This document shows, in pieces, positions 50,051 to 60,572 of a DNA stretch of 64,000 nucleotides. The position numbers and the translations under genes were made by a program. The notes under the pieces are model-generated. The model did no database searches, was not told where the DNA came from, and saw only the letters and a list, made by a program, of their open reading frames with translations. This stretch comes from a bacterium (GTDB lineage Bacteria > Zhuqueibacterota > Zhuqueibacteria > Residuimicrobiales > Krinioviventaceae): assembly GCA_963675755.2 (NCBI GenBank), contig CAXXMD010000003.1:704001-768000 (forward strand). The letters are read 5' to 3'. The first letter of the stretch is position 1, and each line of letters opens with the position of its first letter.

Positions 50051-52915
50051 TTAGAACGCCATCTCCCCAAACTGCCCGGCAATCACCTCAAGGTCCGGGT
50101 GGCTCACTTCTACCGGTGGTTTGAACAGGTGCGAATTCATATAATCCAATATACTTTTGCGGAACTGTCTGGCAACGGGACGTTCTTCCAGGTTACTGAC
50201 AATGTCGGAACCGCATACCATTATCCGGCCTTTGCCATAACCGGCTTCAAACAGCAGTCCCAGTTTCCGGGCGGTGTTCCAGTCGTCAATGACCTGTACA
50301 ATGGGACGCAGGTCGGCTGGCAGATCGTCAAGAACCAGATCCCGACTGTGCAGGGTCAAATCCCACCATTGCCAGTTGCTGTGAAATTCTGTAGGAAAGG
50401 CTTCTAACGCCGGATGTTCTACCCGGTTCACCAATCCCAGTGCGTATGCAGGCTGCCCGGGGAACCAGAGCTTGTTCCAGAAGATGCTTGCAAAGCCAAA
50501 TGCCTTGTCCTGAGGGATATCGTCCGGAGCACGAGTCAGCAGCACATCTCCACCATTCTCCAGAAAATCTATTATCTTGTCATCCAAATGATTGACAATC
50601 CGCACATCACCGGCATCTATTTCAACTTTTACAGGATACACCCAGAACGACCAGTCATTCTCAAATCCGGTTTCACCCAGCTTAACAACCAGTTTTAATT
50701 GCACGGCAGTATCAAATGTATTCAAGTCAAAGGCAACGCTTCCCAGCTTTTGCGCATTGCCAATTGGGATATTCGTTTTCTCCAAAGAGCCCTGTGCAAG
50801 GGTACGGCCATATAAATCCTTGATTTCCCAAACAGGTTCCACATCCCGCAAAACCTCCGCACCAAAATGCGACACCTCAATATCCGCTGCAAACTGTTCA
50901 TTCGTTGTCCAGGTTAGTTTTTTTATCCGTGCCAGGGGCACTGTGGCGTTGCAAAAGCGGCTGAATTCCGCGGCACTCACATAGCCTTTTTCTTCCCAGA
51001 AGGCATCCAGCACGCCCACAATTGCCGATCCCTGCCCGGGAAAGTCGTGCAGATCCAGCAGTTGGAATCCTGCATGGTTGGGTGTGCGCAGAGCCGCTTC
51101 TACCTCTTCTTTGTACAGGATGGTTTGAAACTTGCCCGAAGCCATAAGAAATTCCTTCGCCTGGTTTCCCATTCCCTTTTCTTCCAGCAGGGTCCTGGCC
51201 AGTTCAAAATTCTTTGCTTTCAGCACACCGGTATATTTTTCGGTTTCATTTAGATTCGGATAAACGCACCATTGCCCAATCTCGTGACTCACAACCGGAC
51301 CTTTAAACATAGCATCCTGTTCGGTATAATCCACTGTCATATCCAGTGGGGCCGCATCAATGCGACTGGTGTAACGGTTCAGCCAGTTGAACACACGCGG
51401 TTCACTGCGAATCTGATAATCCGCTGCGGGGATAGACGGCCATCCCGATCCGCTGGCATATAAATGCCGGTCATCGGCAGCCCGCCAGGATTGGATATTC
51501 TCTGTAAGAAAAATATCCCGATTATCTTCACGATCGGGGCCCAGTTCGTTACCCGCGCACAGCATGGTAAAAGAGGGATGATTGCCATACTCGCGTAAAA
51601 TACGTTTTGCCTCATCAACCATAAAAGCACTGATCAAGGTATCTCCAACCGGATTCGTCCATACCGGAATCTCGGTTTGCAGATACACGCCCTCCATGTC
51701 CGCCGCGCTAAAGGCAGCCTCCGGCGGCGTATACGAATGAAACCGCATATGATTGAGACCATACGCCTTGATCTGGCGAAAGATTTTGAGCCAGCCCTCA
51801 ACCGATGTATCAGGATACCCCGTAAGCGGAAAGATACAGCACTCTAATGTGCCCCTCAAAAAGGTCTTTTGTCCGTTTATCGTGATTTGTGTTCCCCGGG
51901 TTGCAATATTGCGCAGCCCGAACACGGTTTCTTTATGATCATTTTCAGATCCTGATTTCAAATCAATTGCCAAATTATAGACATTGGGCCTGAATTCGTT
52001 CCAAAGGACCGCATCTTCTCCCAAATTCAACGTGAGCCCGTGAATGGATTCACCCGGTAACAGTTCGATTTCACTGGATTTTAAAGCAGCTTTGTGCTGA
52101 TCCGGGCTATTTGCCGTTGTAGCCGCGTTCAGTTCAAGCTGAGCGTTGATTGTGGCGTTGGTGGTATTTTCCACCATAATCTTGACTCGAGCCTGCTTTT
52201 TTTGATAATCGGGATACACCTGCACATCCGCAATTCTCACATCCGGCAAAGCACGCAGAGACAGTGCTCCCACCAGTCCGTTCCAATTGGATTGGGTATG
52301 ATCGCTGACGCTGTGCGCGTCGATACCCACATTGAGCAAATATTCATTGTCCACACAAACCGAAAGTGTATGCTCACCAGGCTCCAAATCCTTAATCGTA
52401 TAACGATGCGGTGCTGCCAGGCTGTTGCATAATCCAATTCGTTCAGAATCCATCCATACGGTTGTCTGCCAGTGCGCCCGTTCAAACACCAGTTCAAGGG
52501 ATTTCCCCTGCCAACCCGCCGGGATTTGTATCTTTCGCTGATACCAGGCCTTGCCCCGGTAATACCTGTCCGGAGTGAGCCAGAACGGTACCTTGTAATC
52601 CGATTCAACATTCACAATATGCTTCCAGGGCTCCTGCTCTAACCAGTCCGGCGTACGAATGCGCCCAATCCATTTCGTATCAGGATTTGGAACCTCGCCG
52701 TATCCCTGCTCCTGCAAAGAGCCGGGCAAATGGATTGTATCCTCAAATTCTGTGGTGTACCATTGCTCATCCACGCCCCTGTCATCGGGATCGAGTTTAA
52801 TCTGCCACTCGCCGGCCAGATCCATTGTATTCCTGTTATTACCACATCCGGATAAAATCATTATGGTGAGAATTAAGAAAAAACAGAAAAGAAAACGAAA
52901 GGATTTCATAATCAT
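50051..52915 (-). CDS. Glycoside hydrolase family 2 lipoprotein (beta-galactosidase/glucuronidase-like)
   Basis: Lipobox LSGC; DLAGEW; YRGKAWYQR; FGLR; FLRGTLECCIFP; GLNHMRFHS; NHPSF..GNE; SHEIGQ. Confidence 0.9.
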   Translation of the reverse strand: MIMKSFRFLFCFFLILTIMILSGCGNNRNTMDLAGEWQIKLDPDDRGVDEQWYTTEFEDTIHLPGSLQEQGYGEVPNPDTKWIGRIRTPDWLEQEPWKHIVNVESDYKVPFWLTPDRYYRGKAWYQRKIQIPAGWQGKSLELVFERAHWQTTVWMDSERIGLCNSLAAPHRYTIKDLEPGEHTLSVCVDNEYLLNVGIDAHSVSDHTQSNWNGLVGALSLRALPDVRIADVQVYPDYQKKQARVKIMVENTTNATINAQLELNAATTANSPDQHKAALKSSEIELLPGESIHGLTLNLGEDAVLWNEFRPNVYNLAIDLKSGSENDHKETVFGLRNIATRGTQITINGQKTFLRGTLECCIFPLTGYPDTSVEGWLKIFRQIKAYGLNHMRFHSYTPPEAAFSAADMEGVYLQTEIPVWTNPVGDTLISAFMVDEAKRILREYGNHPSFTMLCAGNELGPDREDNRDIFLTENIQSWRAADDRHLYASGSGWPSIPAADYQIRSEPRVFNWLNRYTSRIDAAPLDMTVDYTEQDAMFKGPVVSHEIGQWCVYPNLNETEKYTGVLKAKNFELARTLLEEKGMGNQAKEFLMASGKFQTILYKEEVEAALRTPNHAGFQLLDLHDFPGQGSAIVGVLDAFWEEKGYVSAAEFSRFCNATVPLARIKKLTWTTNEQFAADIEVSHFGAEVLRDVEPVWEIKDLYGRTLAQGSLEKTNIPIGNAQKLGSVAFDLNTFDTAVQLKLVVKLGETGFENDWSFWVYPVKVEIDAGDVRIVNHLDDKIIDFLENGGDVLLTRAPDDIPQDKAFGFASIFWNKLWFPGQPAYALGLVNRVEHPALEAFPTEFHSNWQWWDLTLHSRDLVLDDLPADLRPIVQVIDDWNTARKLGLLFEAGYGKGRIMVCGSDIVSNLEERPVARQFRKSILDYMNSHLFKPPVEVSHPDLEVIAGQFGEMAF

Positions 52916-53195
52916 TGCCCTGCCTTAAATTATAAGGTTTTATTGGAATATACTAAAATCAGGGTGGAGGGTAAAGAGGAAAATAATTTTTTCAACAAAT
53001 TTTTCGATTGTTTTGATTGTCTCTTGCATATAATTAAATATTCAAGTAAAAACCATATAAATAGAAGCTTTACTCTCTTAATCCTCATAGATTAATTAAC
53101 TAAGATATAGGATCCCCCACCAGCCCCAATCATCTCCCATGCACCCCCCACTTCTGATCGTTGGAGCAGAGAAAAACACATCACAAATCAACAAC

Positions 53196-54716
53196 CTATT
53201 CTACAAACTGAAAAGCATATAATTTACAGTCTTGCATAACAATCCGTAGTTTTACAGCCTTTCCTGACAGCTCACTTGTATCGCTGGTGTTTTTCCACCT
53301 TACCGGCATCCTGACTGAATTACCGTTGAGGGGCAGAGCATCGGCTCGGGTATAGCCCTTTAATGGCTTGTTGTTTTGGTCAAGAATTTCCACAAAGGCA
53401 GAACCTCCGCCGCTGGTCTGTAAATTCAATTCGAGAGATTTCCCTTTAAATTTTATCAGCGGGGTGACAATTTCACCCCCTTTATAATCTGTATCTAGAG
53501 AAACAAATCCATCCAGACGTAATACCGCCCGGCCAATTCCCGACTCGAGTTTTTCAGCCCCATGCGCCAATTGACCCGAATGGTCCTGATTTGAACCGGC
53601 AAAATAAAACCATAATTCATCTCCCATTTGAATTGGGTTTGGCATTGCCCAAATCATACTTGAATAAAAACTGTTTTCAGGGCCAAGATGAAGGAAAGGT
53701 TTCCGATCTTGCCGGGTAAACGTCTTTCCATCCCGACTGGAAGCAAATCTCACATCAAATGAATTCGGCCCCAACTTTACACTTTTGTCACGAGCAAACC
53801 AATGCCAAAATGCCTGTGCAAGCATAATATACATTCCATTTTCATCGGGATATTTGAAAACCGTAGCGCCATAATAATCCACAGGAGGTTGGTTGGTAGG
53901 TGTATCATATAATGCCCTGTCAATAGAATCGGGTTCAAAAACGATTAGCTCATTATCCCAATTTATCAAATCATCGGATTCAAGTCTACGTACAGTTCTA
54001 TAATTCTCGTTTTTATCCTCGAACCGAAACCATTCCCGAGTATACATAACATAGCGAGATATGGTGGCATCCCAAAATATTATATTCTGAGTGTCCTTGT
54101 CGCCAATTTCGGGCTTGGCAAAAAGTTTCCAGTCAATGCCATCCGGCGAACTGTGCATATACAGCTCACCACTGGGATACGCTTTTGCCTGTGTCTTGTA
54201 CCGCTCATTTGCAGGAGCTTTGGGATCAATCCAAACAGCACAGCCGCCAATTGTTGCAGGCAAAACGCAATTGTTTTGCATTGAACCCTCAACCTCGACT
54301 TTGTTCAAAATCCGTTTTTCAAAATGGATGCCATCGTCAGATTCAGCAAAAGCAACATACCTGTTTCCATTTTCGCTGTCATATAAATCATACCACAGCT
54401 TAATTTTTCCATCATCTTTTAACACACTGCAATAAACGGGAATGTATTTTGTCGCACTATTTTCCCAGGGCTGGTCATTGGTCAACAATATCTCGTTATA
54501 TTGATGAGGCGTGTTCATTGTTCGAGTTATTCCGCTGCTCGTTTCTATAAACTTTTCATCAATGAATAGCTGTTTATTTGATGATACATTTATAATTTGC
54601 TGAGGAACCTGTGCTTTCAAATTCACGAAAAAAAATTGCCATACCAGAGTTAAAAGAATGATAATTTTAAATTTTTTCATGACAAATTTCTCCGGTTTTA
54701 TAAATGTGCAAAACAT
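53196..54716 (-). CDS. Secreted GH32/GH43-clan-like five-bladed beta-propeller protein (start probably MKKFK at 54680)
   Basis: QLFIDE; SDDGIHF, SPDGIDW, SDDLINW, SRDGKTF Asp-boxes; DTQN; LRLDGFVSLD; paralogous to 35109-36809. Confidence 0.72.
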   Translation of the reverse strand: MFCTFIKPEKFVMKKFKIIILLTLVWQFFFVNLKAQVPQQIINVSSNKQLFIDEKFIETSSGITRTMNTPHQYNEILLTNDQPWENSATKYIPVYCSVLKDDGKIKLWYDLYDSENGNRYVAFAESDDGIHFEKRILNKVEVEGSMQNNCVLPATIGGCAVWIDPKAPANERYKTQAKAYPSGELYMHSSPDGIDWKLFAKPEIGDKDTQNIIFWDATISRYVMYTREWFRFEDKNENYRTVRRLESDDLINWDNELIVFEPDSIDRALYDTPTNQPPVDYYGATVFKYPDENGMYIMLAQAFWHWFARDKSVKLGPNSFDVRFASSRDGKTFTRQDRKPFLHLGPENSFYSSMIWAMPNPIQMGDELWFYFAGSNQDHSGQLAHGAEKLESGIGRAVLRLDGFVSLDTDYKGGEIVTPLIKFKGKSLELNLQTSGGGSAFVEILDQNNKPLKGYTRADALPLNGNSVRMPVRWKNTSDTSELSGKAVKLRIVMQDCKLYAFQFVE

Positions 54717-54925
54717 TTTTCAAGGAAATAAACGGATGGCTTCCTGCATTTGTGATTCTTTTTTGAAATTAATAAAAATCAACAATACAATCAATCATTT
54801 AACCAGGCCATTCCGATCGTCAAACGGGACATTTTCTTCTGCTGTGCTGTACATGTGTGTAATATAGAGCCAAAAACCTGAACATTTTCGCCCCAAGAAG
54901 AACAAGACCTGCATAAATCAAACGA

Positions 54926-56518
54926 CTAGAAGGATTCCTCGTCCTTGATTTTTTGCGCTTTCCTGATAATTGCTTCAGGATATCCTTGAATTTCAAGCAA
55001 TTTTATTGCATTACCAGTAAAACAAGGACCTTTTTGAATTTTATAGCTAAAGTAAAATTCATTATTTTTTATATTATCCCCAAAGTGATACATTTCATAA
55101 CTCTCTTTTAACAGACTTTGCAATTCAATATCATGTGTTGTAACAAAGACCTGCCCGTTTTGTCCCAAATGCTCCAAAACTGAAGTTGAAATTGCCAATC
55201 GCTCAACCGTATTGGTCCCCCGAAATATCTCATCAATCAGAAATATAGTATTTCCTTTCTCGTTTGCAATTTGAATAAATTTTTTCAAACCCTCAACTTC
55301 AACAAAAAAATAGCTTTTAGAATGCTCTAAATCTTCTTCCCTTTTTATTGCAGATTTGACCTGATAGCCCGGCAATTCAAAATTTTCAGCATGACAAAAA
55401 TAAAAGGTTTGGGCCAATATTACATTTATACCTATACTCTTTATAAATGTAGTCTTGCCCGACATATTGGATCCCGTGATCAGAATGGATTTATTATTCT
55501 GTTCAAGACTATTGGCAATGGGTTTTTCCAGCAAAGGATGATAGAGATTTGTAAAACTGATTTTCTTTTCATCATTAAATATTGGTTTCGAATAAAAATC
55601 CGTTCCGGAAAGATATGAAGCGACTGAAATATGCGCATCAAGACTGGCAACTTTGACAAAAATGTCACAAACTCTGTCTTGATATTTATTCAACTCATTT
55701 ACAGATCCATAATATGCTATCAAGTCAAACAGAAAAAAAAGATTAAAGTACTCTATGAGGTATATGATGACATCACTCGCACCTTCTTTTTCCAATACAA
55801 ATCGGCCTATTTTCCTTTTCAGCTTTTTAATGTCATCTTTTTGTTTTTTCAAACTGTCTAATTGTGGAATGTTATCATCGGTTTCGAGCTTGCACATTTG
55901 CCCTGCAACGATTAATAATGTATTCAAACTCGAGAATCCTGCAAAATTCTCATACACTTGAGCAGAAAGCTTTTTATTTATAAAAATATTTAAAAGTAAC
56001 ATCCCTACTGTACAATATAGAAAAAATGGTATAAAGTATATCAGAGCAATTGAAAGTATTGATAAAAATGATAAAAATATCAACAAATAATACAAATTGG
56101 ATCGAGGTGGTATATTATGCAGAATTAAACTGGGTATAAAATACGCTTTAAAATCTGATAATTTTGCCAACAGAGCTTGCAGGGAGAATCGAACAGTTTT
56201 GTTTTTGAGGAAATAATGAATCAATCCAGATCTGTCTTTTAATACTGTTTCATTACTTTCATATTTGCGAAGTAGATAATATAAATATTGCTGCCCCGAG
56301 CTCGACACACACCTGTCCATTTTTGTAAAAACAGAATCAAACTCTAAATCTGTCCAGGTTTTCTCATCAACAAAATCGTTTTCATTTTGGGGTCTCATAT
56401 TATCATAATAAATAGAGATAAAATCCATATTCCGGGTTCTTGAAACAGGTTTGCCCCATTGTTGTTCCAAATTTTGTAAAATTTTCTTTTTCTTTGAGAA
56501 CATGAGAATCTCCCTCAA
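54926..56518 (-). CDS. MutS-related ATPase (domain V plus TM segment, no mismatch-binding domain)
   Basis: ITGSNMSGKTTF; SYFFVEV; LIDEIFRGTNTVER; VTTHDIEL; NAIKLL; hydrophobic segment in the N-half. Confidence 0.88.
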   Translation of the reverse strand: MREILMFSKKKKILQNLEQQWGKPVSRTRNMDFISIYYDNMRPQNENDFVDEKTWTDLEFDSVFTKMDRCVSSSGQQYLYYLLRKYESNETVLKDRSGLIHYFLKNKTVRFSLQALLAKLSDFKAYFIPSLILHNIPPRSNLYYLLIFLSFLSILSIALIYFIPFFLYCTVGMLLLNIFINKKLSAQVYENFAGFSSLNTLLIVAGQMCKLETDDNIPQLDSLKKQKDDIKKLKRKIGRFVLEKEGASDVIIYLIEYFNLFFLFDLIAYYGSVNELNKYQDRVCDIFVKVASLDAHISVASYLSGTDFYSKPIFNDEKKISFTNLYHPLLEKPIANSLEQNNKSILITGSNMSGKTTFIKSIGINVILAQTFYFCHAENFELPGYQVKSAIKREEDLEHSKSYFFVEVEGLKKFIQIANEKGNTIFLIDEIFRGTNTVERLAISTSVLEHLGQNGQVFVTTHDIELQSLLKESYEMYHFGDNIKNNEFYFSYKIQKGPCFTGNAIKLLEIQGYPEAIIRKAQKIKDEESF

Positions 56519-56738
56519 AACACAAAATTCCCTGATGAAATAGCATTATTGTAAATTGTGAACAAAAATAACAGTATTAATGAATTGCAATAATTAACAG
56601 GTTAATAATTAGCTTCCCTTAATTCCCCTAAAATTTTAAGTATTTATTAATAAATGTATATTTATGGATTATTGCAAGAATAAAATAAAAGGTATAATTC
56701 AGTGGATAATTGATTTTGGGTATCAATCAAACAGTAGT

Positions 56739-57446
56739 CTATTTTACCAGCCACACCCGCCAGGTCACCGCACCAATAGGCGGATCTTTGAACGCAACGG
56801 TGCGGATCTCACCAGATGCCAGTCCGTCTGCCTGGGTATGAATAAACTGCGAGTCCCCGCTCATCTCGGTGCCGGAACGATCAAAATAGGTGATACACAC
56901 TTTGAATTCAGGTTTGCTGTTGCGAAACTGCACACTGTCCAGGCGCCCCGTATGCTCCAGCACCTTGACCACCGATTCAATAACCTTTTGCCCCTTGTCA
57001 TTGAATTTGATTGGTGATACACTCAGCACCTTGAGTGCGCCATTATTATCGATTCCCATTTGCTGAACCAGTTGAATACGTCTACGCACCTGGTTCTTTA
57101 ATATGGTATCAAACACCACAGGATCAATGGTGCCAATAACCGTCATACACACCTTGTGGTCGGTTTCGGTTTGTTCAGCGATTTGTATATTCTTGATATA
57201 GGTACCGGTCAGGCTTTGTACAATATCATTGGTGATCTGAAAATTATCTACAATTGCCGCGGCTTCAACAAAAACATGGTAGGATTCGATTGCATTGCGC
57301 AAGGCAAGGGTACGCGTGAGTTGCCGTACTTCAAGCAGAGTTTCGTTATCGCCATACTGGTAGCAATACCGCCCGGTAATCACCTCTTCTGCAGCAAAAG
57401 CACCAACACAGAAGAACAATAATATAATTACAATTCTAACCTTCAT
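56739..57446 (-). CDS. Secreted hypothetical protein
   Basis: Signal peptide; GRYCYQYGDNETL..ALRNAIE; 235 aa in operon context. Confidence 0.7.
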   Translation of the reverse strand: MKVRIVIILLFFCVGAFAAEEVITGRYCYQYGDNETLLEVRQLTRTLALRNAIESYHVFVEAAAIVDNFQITNDIVQSLTGTYIKNIQIAEQTETDHKVCMTVIGTIDPVVFDTILKNQVRRRIQLVQQMGIDNNGALKVLSVSPIKFNDKGQKVIESVVKVLEHTGRLDSVQFRNSKPEFKVCITYFDRSGTEMSGDSQFIHTQADGLASGEIRTVAFKDPPIGAVTWRVWLVK

Positions 57447-57448
57447 GG

Positions 57449-58153
57449 CTAAATATTCTGATTGGTCACCAGATTCACCAGAGAGAACGCCACTTTCAGG
57501 CGGCCCAAAATCTCCTGGGTGCCGGGCACTGCTTGCAATTGCTCGTTTTGCGGAGCTCCGCTGGCATGAAAATGGAATTGCAACTCGAATTTCTTTTCTT
57601 CTTCTTCGTCAGGTATATCAAACTTTTCAAAATACTCGAATTTGGTTTCCATTTTCAGGGTCTGAAACATGGGATTAGCAGATTCAACCTGAAAGGCCAT
57701 TGCACCCAAATAGGGCTGGCGTGCAACCAGTTTCTGTTTCAGGTTTGACGTAACCCGTTTGGGTTTATATCCTTTGGACTTTTTATCCGTAATAAACAGT
57801 TTTGACTTTTTATGAATTTTCTTAAAATCAAGCGAATAGAGTCCCGATTGACCGGGGTCCACATCCAGAATATAAATTGCAACATTCTGCTGTTGAATGG
57901 TGGTTATCAAGGTATTGACACGGTTCACAACATCCTGGTTTGTTTCTGACTGCTGCCAGGCCTGTAATAATTCAGGCGAAAGATAGGTACAGTGAATATC
58001 ACATTGCAGGCTGTTAAAATCGTTCAATGTTGTTTCATAGGTCCATTTTTTAAAAACGTCCCGTAAAGACTGGGCATACACTGTTTCCCAAACAGCAGAC
58101 ACCATCACAAACACGATTAAAATGGGGAAAATCCGTTTCATAGCACCGCTCAC
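57449..58153 (-). CDS. Secreted hypothetical protein
   Basis: Signal peptide (MKRIFPILIV..AQ); tightly packed between neighbours. Confidence 0.7.
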   Translation of the reverse strand: MSGAMKRIFPILIVFVMVSAVWETVYAQSLRDVFKKWTYETTLNDFNSLQCDIHCTYLSPELLQAWQQSETNQDVVNRVNTLITTIQQQNVAIYILDVDPGQSGLYSLDFKKIHKKSKLFITDKKSKGYKPKRVTSNLKQKLVARQPYLGAMAFQVESANPMFQTLKMETKFEYFEKFDIPDEEEEKKFELQFHFHASGAPQNEQLQAVPGTQEILGRLKVAFSLVNLVTNQNI

Positions 58154-58161
58154 ATATTTTA

Positions 58162-58830
58162 TTATAGCTCGCGGATACCCTCTAAAACATCAGCAAAATT
58201 GTTAAATGGCCGGTATGGTTTGCCAGTCTGCTCACATAGTTCAGCCAGAGCATCTTTGGCAAAGGTTATATCTGCTTCTCGCATACCGCAAACATCCGAA
58301 TGACCGTCACCAATATAAACGGACAATTCATCGTCTTGTGTTTCCTGACGCACATGGGTACCCTTGCAGTTGCCGCAATTGCAGCAACCCTCTTTATACC
58401 AGGGATATTCTACAAAAAGCGTACCATCATCGTGCATTTCAAGGTGATTGGCGCGCACCTCAAGATCACCTAAACCATTGTTTTTTAATATTCTTTTAAT
58501 ATAAGCATCCATACCATCACTCACAACATAGACAGGGATGTGATAATCACGGCAAAATTGTACAAAAACGGGAAAATTTGGGTCTATTTTCTGAGTAGCG
58601 GCAAATTCATCCATTTGAGTCGGGGTAATGGGTGTAATGGCAAATTGTTTTCGCCAAAGGTCCCGGCCATCCAGTTCCTCTCGTTTCCATTTATCTACAA
58701 GATCCCACCAATGGGCCGCATCTCCGAATGTTGTTATCAAAACATTGCCCACATCATTCTGAGCAATGGTACCATCAAAATCACAAAAAATTCTAAGCTT
58801 TTTCATATCACCTTTTTGAATATCGTACAA
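58162..58830 (-). CDS. MtnX-like HAD-IB phosphatase
   Basis: FCDFDGTI; VVSDG; CCNCGNCK; YIGDGHSD; FAK; PFNNFADV. Confidence 0.88.
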   Translation of the reverse strand: MYDIQKGDMKKLRIFCDFDGTIAQNDVGNVLITTFGDAAHWWDLVDKWKREELDGRDLWRKQFAITPITPTQMDEFAATQKIDPNFPVFVQFCRDYHIPVYVVSDGMDAYIKRILKNNGLGDLEVRANHLEMHDDGTLFVEYPWYKEGCCNCGNCKGTHVRQETQDDELSVYIGDGHSDVCGMREADITFAKDALAELCEQTGKPYRPFNNFADVLEGIREL

Positions 58831-58880
58831 GAGTAAATTTCAAGTTTGTAATTTAATATTTTTTACATTAAAAATCAACC

Positions 58881-58909
58881 TTGACACAGGTCAACAAATA
58901 ATGTAAATT
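58881..58909 (+). promoter_or_regulatory. Putative sigma70 promoter for 59019
   Basis: TTGACA (58881-86), 17-bp spacer, TAAATT (58904-09). Confidence 0.5.
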
Positions 58910-59018
58910 TAGATAGCAATAAGAAAATTTAAGAGCAATTAATAATTAGGGCAAAATTTACCCTGATATTGTACCATAAAACCACGCAACATAAAAACAA
59001 CTCGTTGTAGGAGGTCTT

Positions 59019-60320
59019 ATGAAAAAATTGATACTGCTCTTCTTTTCCTTCACTTTAATCCATTCTGCCATTGCGGCAACATCCAGTTCTCTTGTATTTG
59101 ACGGATCCGGTGATTATGTCACATGCGGAAACGATGCAAGCATTCAGCTTACCGGTAATATCACCGTAGAAGCCTGGGTAAAAGCAGCAGGTACCGGCTA
59201 TGGGGGACTTGCTTCGAAATTGGTCCATGAAGCCAGCCGAGAGGGATACGAATTAGCTATAAATGCTAATTTAACAATATCTTTTCTGGTTGGCCAAAAC
59301 AATACAAACTGGAATCAGGCTACATCATCGGTTGGCGTCACATATGATACCTGGACCCATGTTGCAGGGACCTATGATGGCAGCAACATCAGAGTTTATA
59401 TCAATGGAACTTTGAGAGGTACTACAGCCTATAGCAATGGCATTATTGATTCCGGAAATCCATTAACTCTGGGTTCAAGAGGAACTGGCAATTATCTAAC
59501 CGGCAGCCTCGATGAAGTCAGAATATGGAATGTTGTCCGCTCCGAAACCCAAATTAATGACAACAAAGATATCGAACTCACCGGCTCAGAATCAGGCCTT
59601 GTTGCCTATTATAAAATGAATGACGGCAGCGGATCTACTTTAACAGACAACAGTACCAACTCCAACACAGGCACGTTAATGGGTGATACCTATTGGGGTG
59701 ATGACAGTTTACCTGTTGAATTAACATCTTTTACCGCCGCAAGTACAACAGAAGGTGTGGAATTGAGATGGACAACTGAAAATGAAATTGACAATCTTGG
59801 ATTTGTATTAGAGCGGGCAGCAAATAAAAACGGCCCATGGCAGGAAATTGCGTCTTTTAATACCCATAATGCGCTTGTAGGACAAGGCACCATTTCTCAA
59901 ACAACAAACTATACATTCATTGATAATTCTATAGAATTTGGTTCGAATTATTTTTACAAGCTATCAGATGTTAACATTAACGGAACGGTTACAACACTCT
60001 CAACTCTGAATGTTAATTTAACAGAAAACACTACAGTACCCAACAAAACAGAATTGTACAATGCGTATCCGAATCCTTTTAATCCGGAAACCAGTATCAG
60101 CTACTATTTAGACAAAGATACAAATGTATCTCTCTCTATCTATAATATTTTGGGAGTAAAAATTAAGGACATTTTTACAGGCACCCAATCCGCAGGTAAC
60201 CACAATTTTAAATGGAATGGAACGGACCAAAACGGTACAAATTTGCCTTCAGGAGTTTATATCCTTCAGCTTCAGACTCTTAACGCCAATCATTATCAAA
60301 ATATTATATTGCTGAAATAA
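59019..60320 (+). CDS. Secreted LamG-like jellyroll protein with FlgD/T9SS-A-like sorting domain
   Basis: Signal peptide; TVEAWVK, WTHVAGTYDG, YING, GSLDEVRIWN, GLVAYY; LPVELTSF; AYPNPFNPET. Confidence 0.9.
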   Translation: MKKLILLFFSFTLIHSAIAATSSSLVFDGSGDYVTCGNDASIQLTGNITVEAWVKAAGTGYGGLASKLVHEASREGYELAINANLTISFLVGQNNTNWNQATSSVGVTYDTWTHVAGTYDGSNIRVYINGTLRGTTAYSNGIIDSGNPLTLGSRGTGNYLTGSLDEVRIWNVVRSETQINDNKDIELTGSESGLVAYYKMNDGSGSTLTDNSTNSNTGTLMGDTYWGDDSLPVELTSFTAASTTEGVELRWTTENEIDNLGFVLERAANKNGPWQEIASFNTHNALVGQGTISQTTNYTFIDNSIEFGSNYFYKLSDVNINGTVTTLSTLNVNLTENTTVPNKTELYNAYPNPFNPETSISYYLDKDTNVSLSIYNILGVKIKDIFTGTQSAGNHNFKWNGTDQNGTNLPSGVYILQLQTLNANHYQNIILLK

Positions 60321-60324
60321 CATC

Positions 60325-60366
60325 AAATCCCCTGTTTCAGAATTTTGTTTGGAACAGGGGGATTTT
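60325..60366 (+). terminator. Terminator after 59019-60320
   Basis: AAATCCCCTGTT ... AACAGGGGGATTTT stem directly after the stop codon. Confidence 0.65.
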
Positions 60367-60515
60367 CCCCAACTCTTATATATACAACTCGACCAACTCA
60401 TCACAGGCAATTTTATCCAACTTAATTATCTATCAATTTGGTAAGCACAAATTTTCTATTATACTTGATGAAAAGTCATTTCAAGGGGAGGAGAATTATC
60501 AAGATTTCCCTATAT

Positions 60516-60550
60516 AAAAAAAAGGGCACCCGTCGGGGAAACGGGTGCCC
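60516..60550 (-). terminator. Rho-independent terminator of ppdK
   Basis: GGGCACCCGT-cggggaa-ACGGGTGCCC 10-bp stem plus T8 on the minus strand. Confidence 0.88.
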
Positions 60551-60572
60551 ATGTATGTATTTGGTACAGGAA

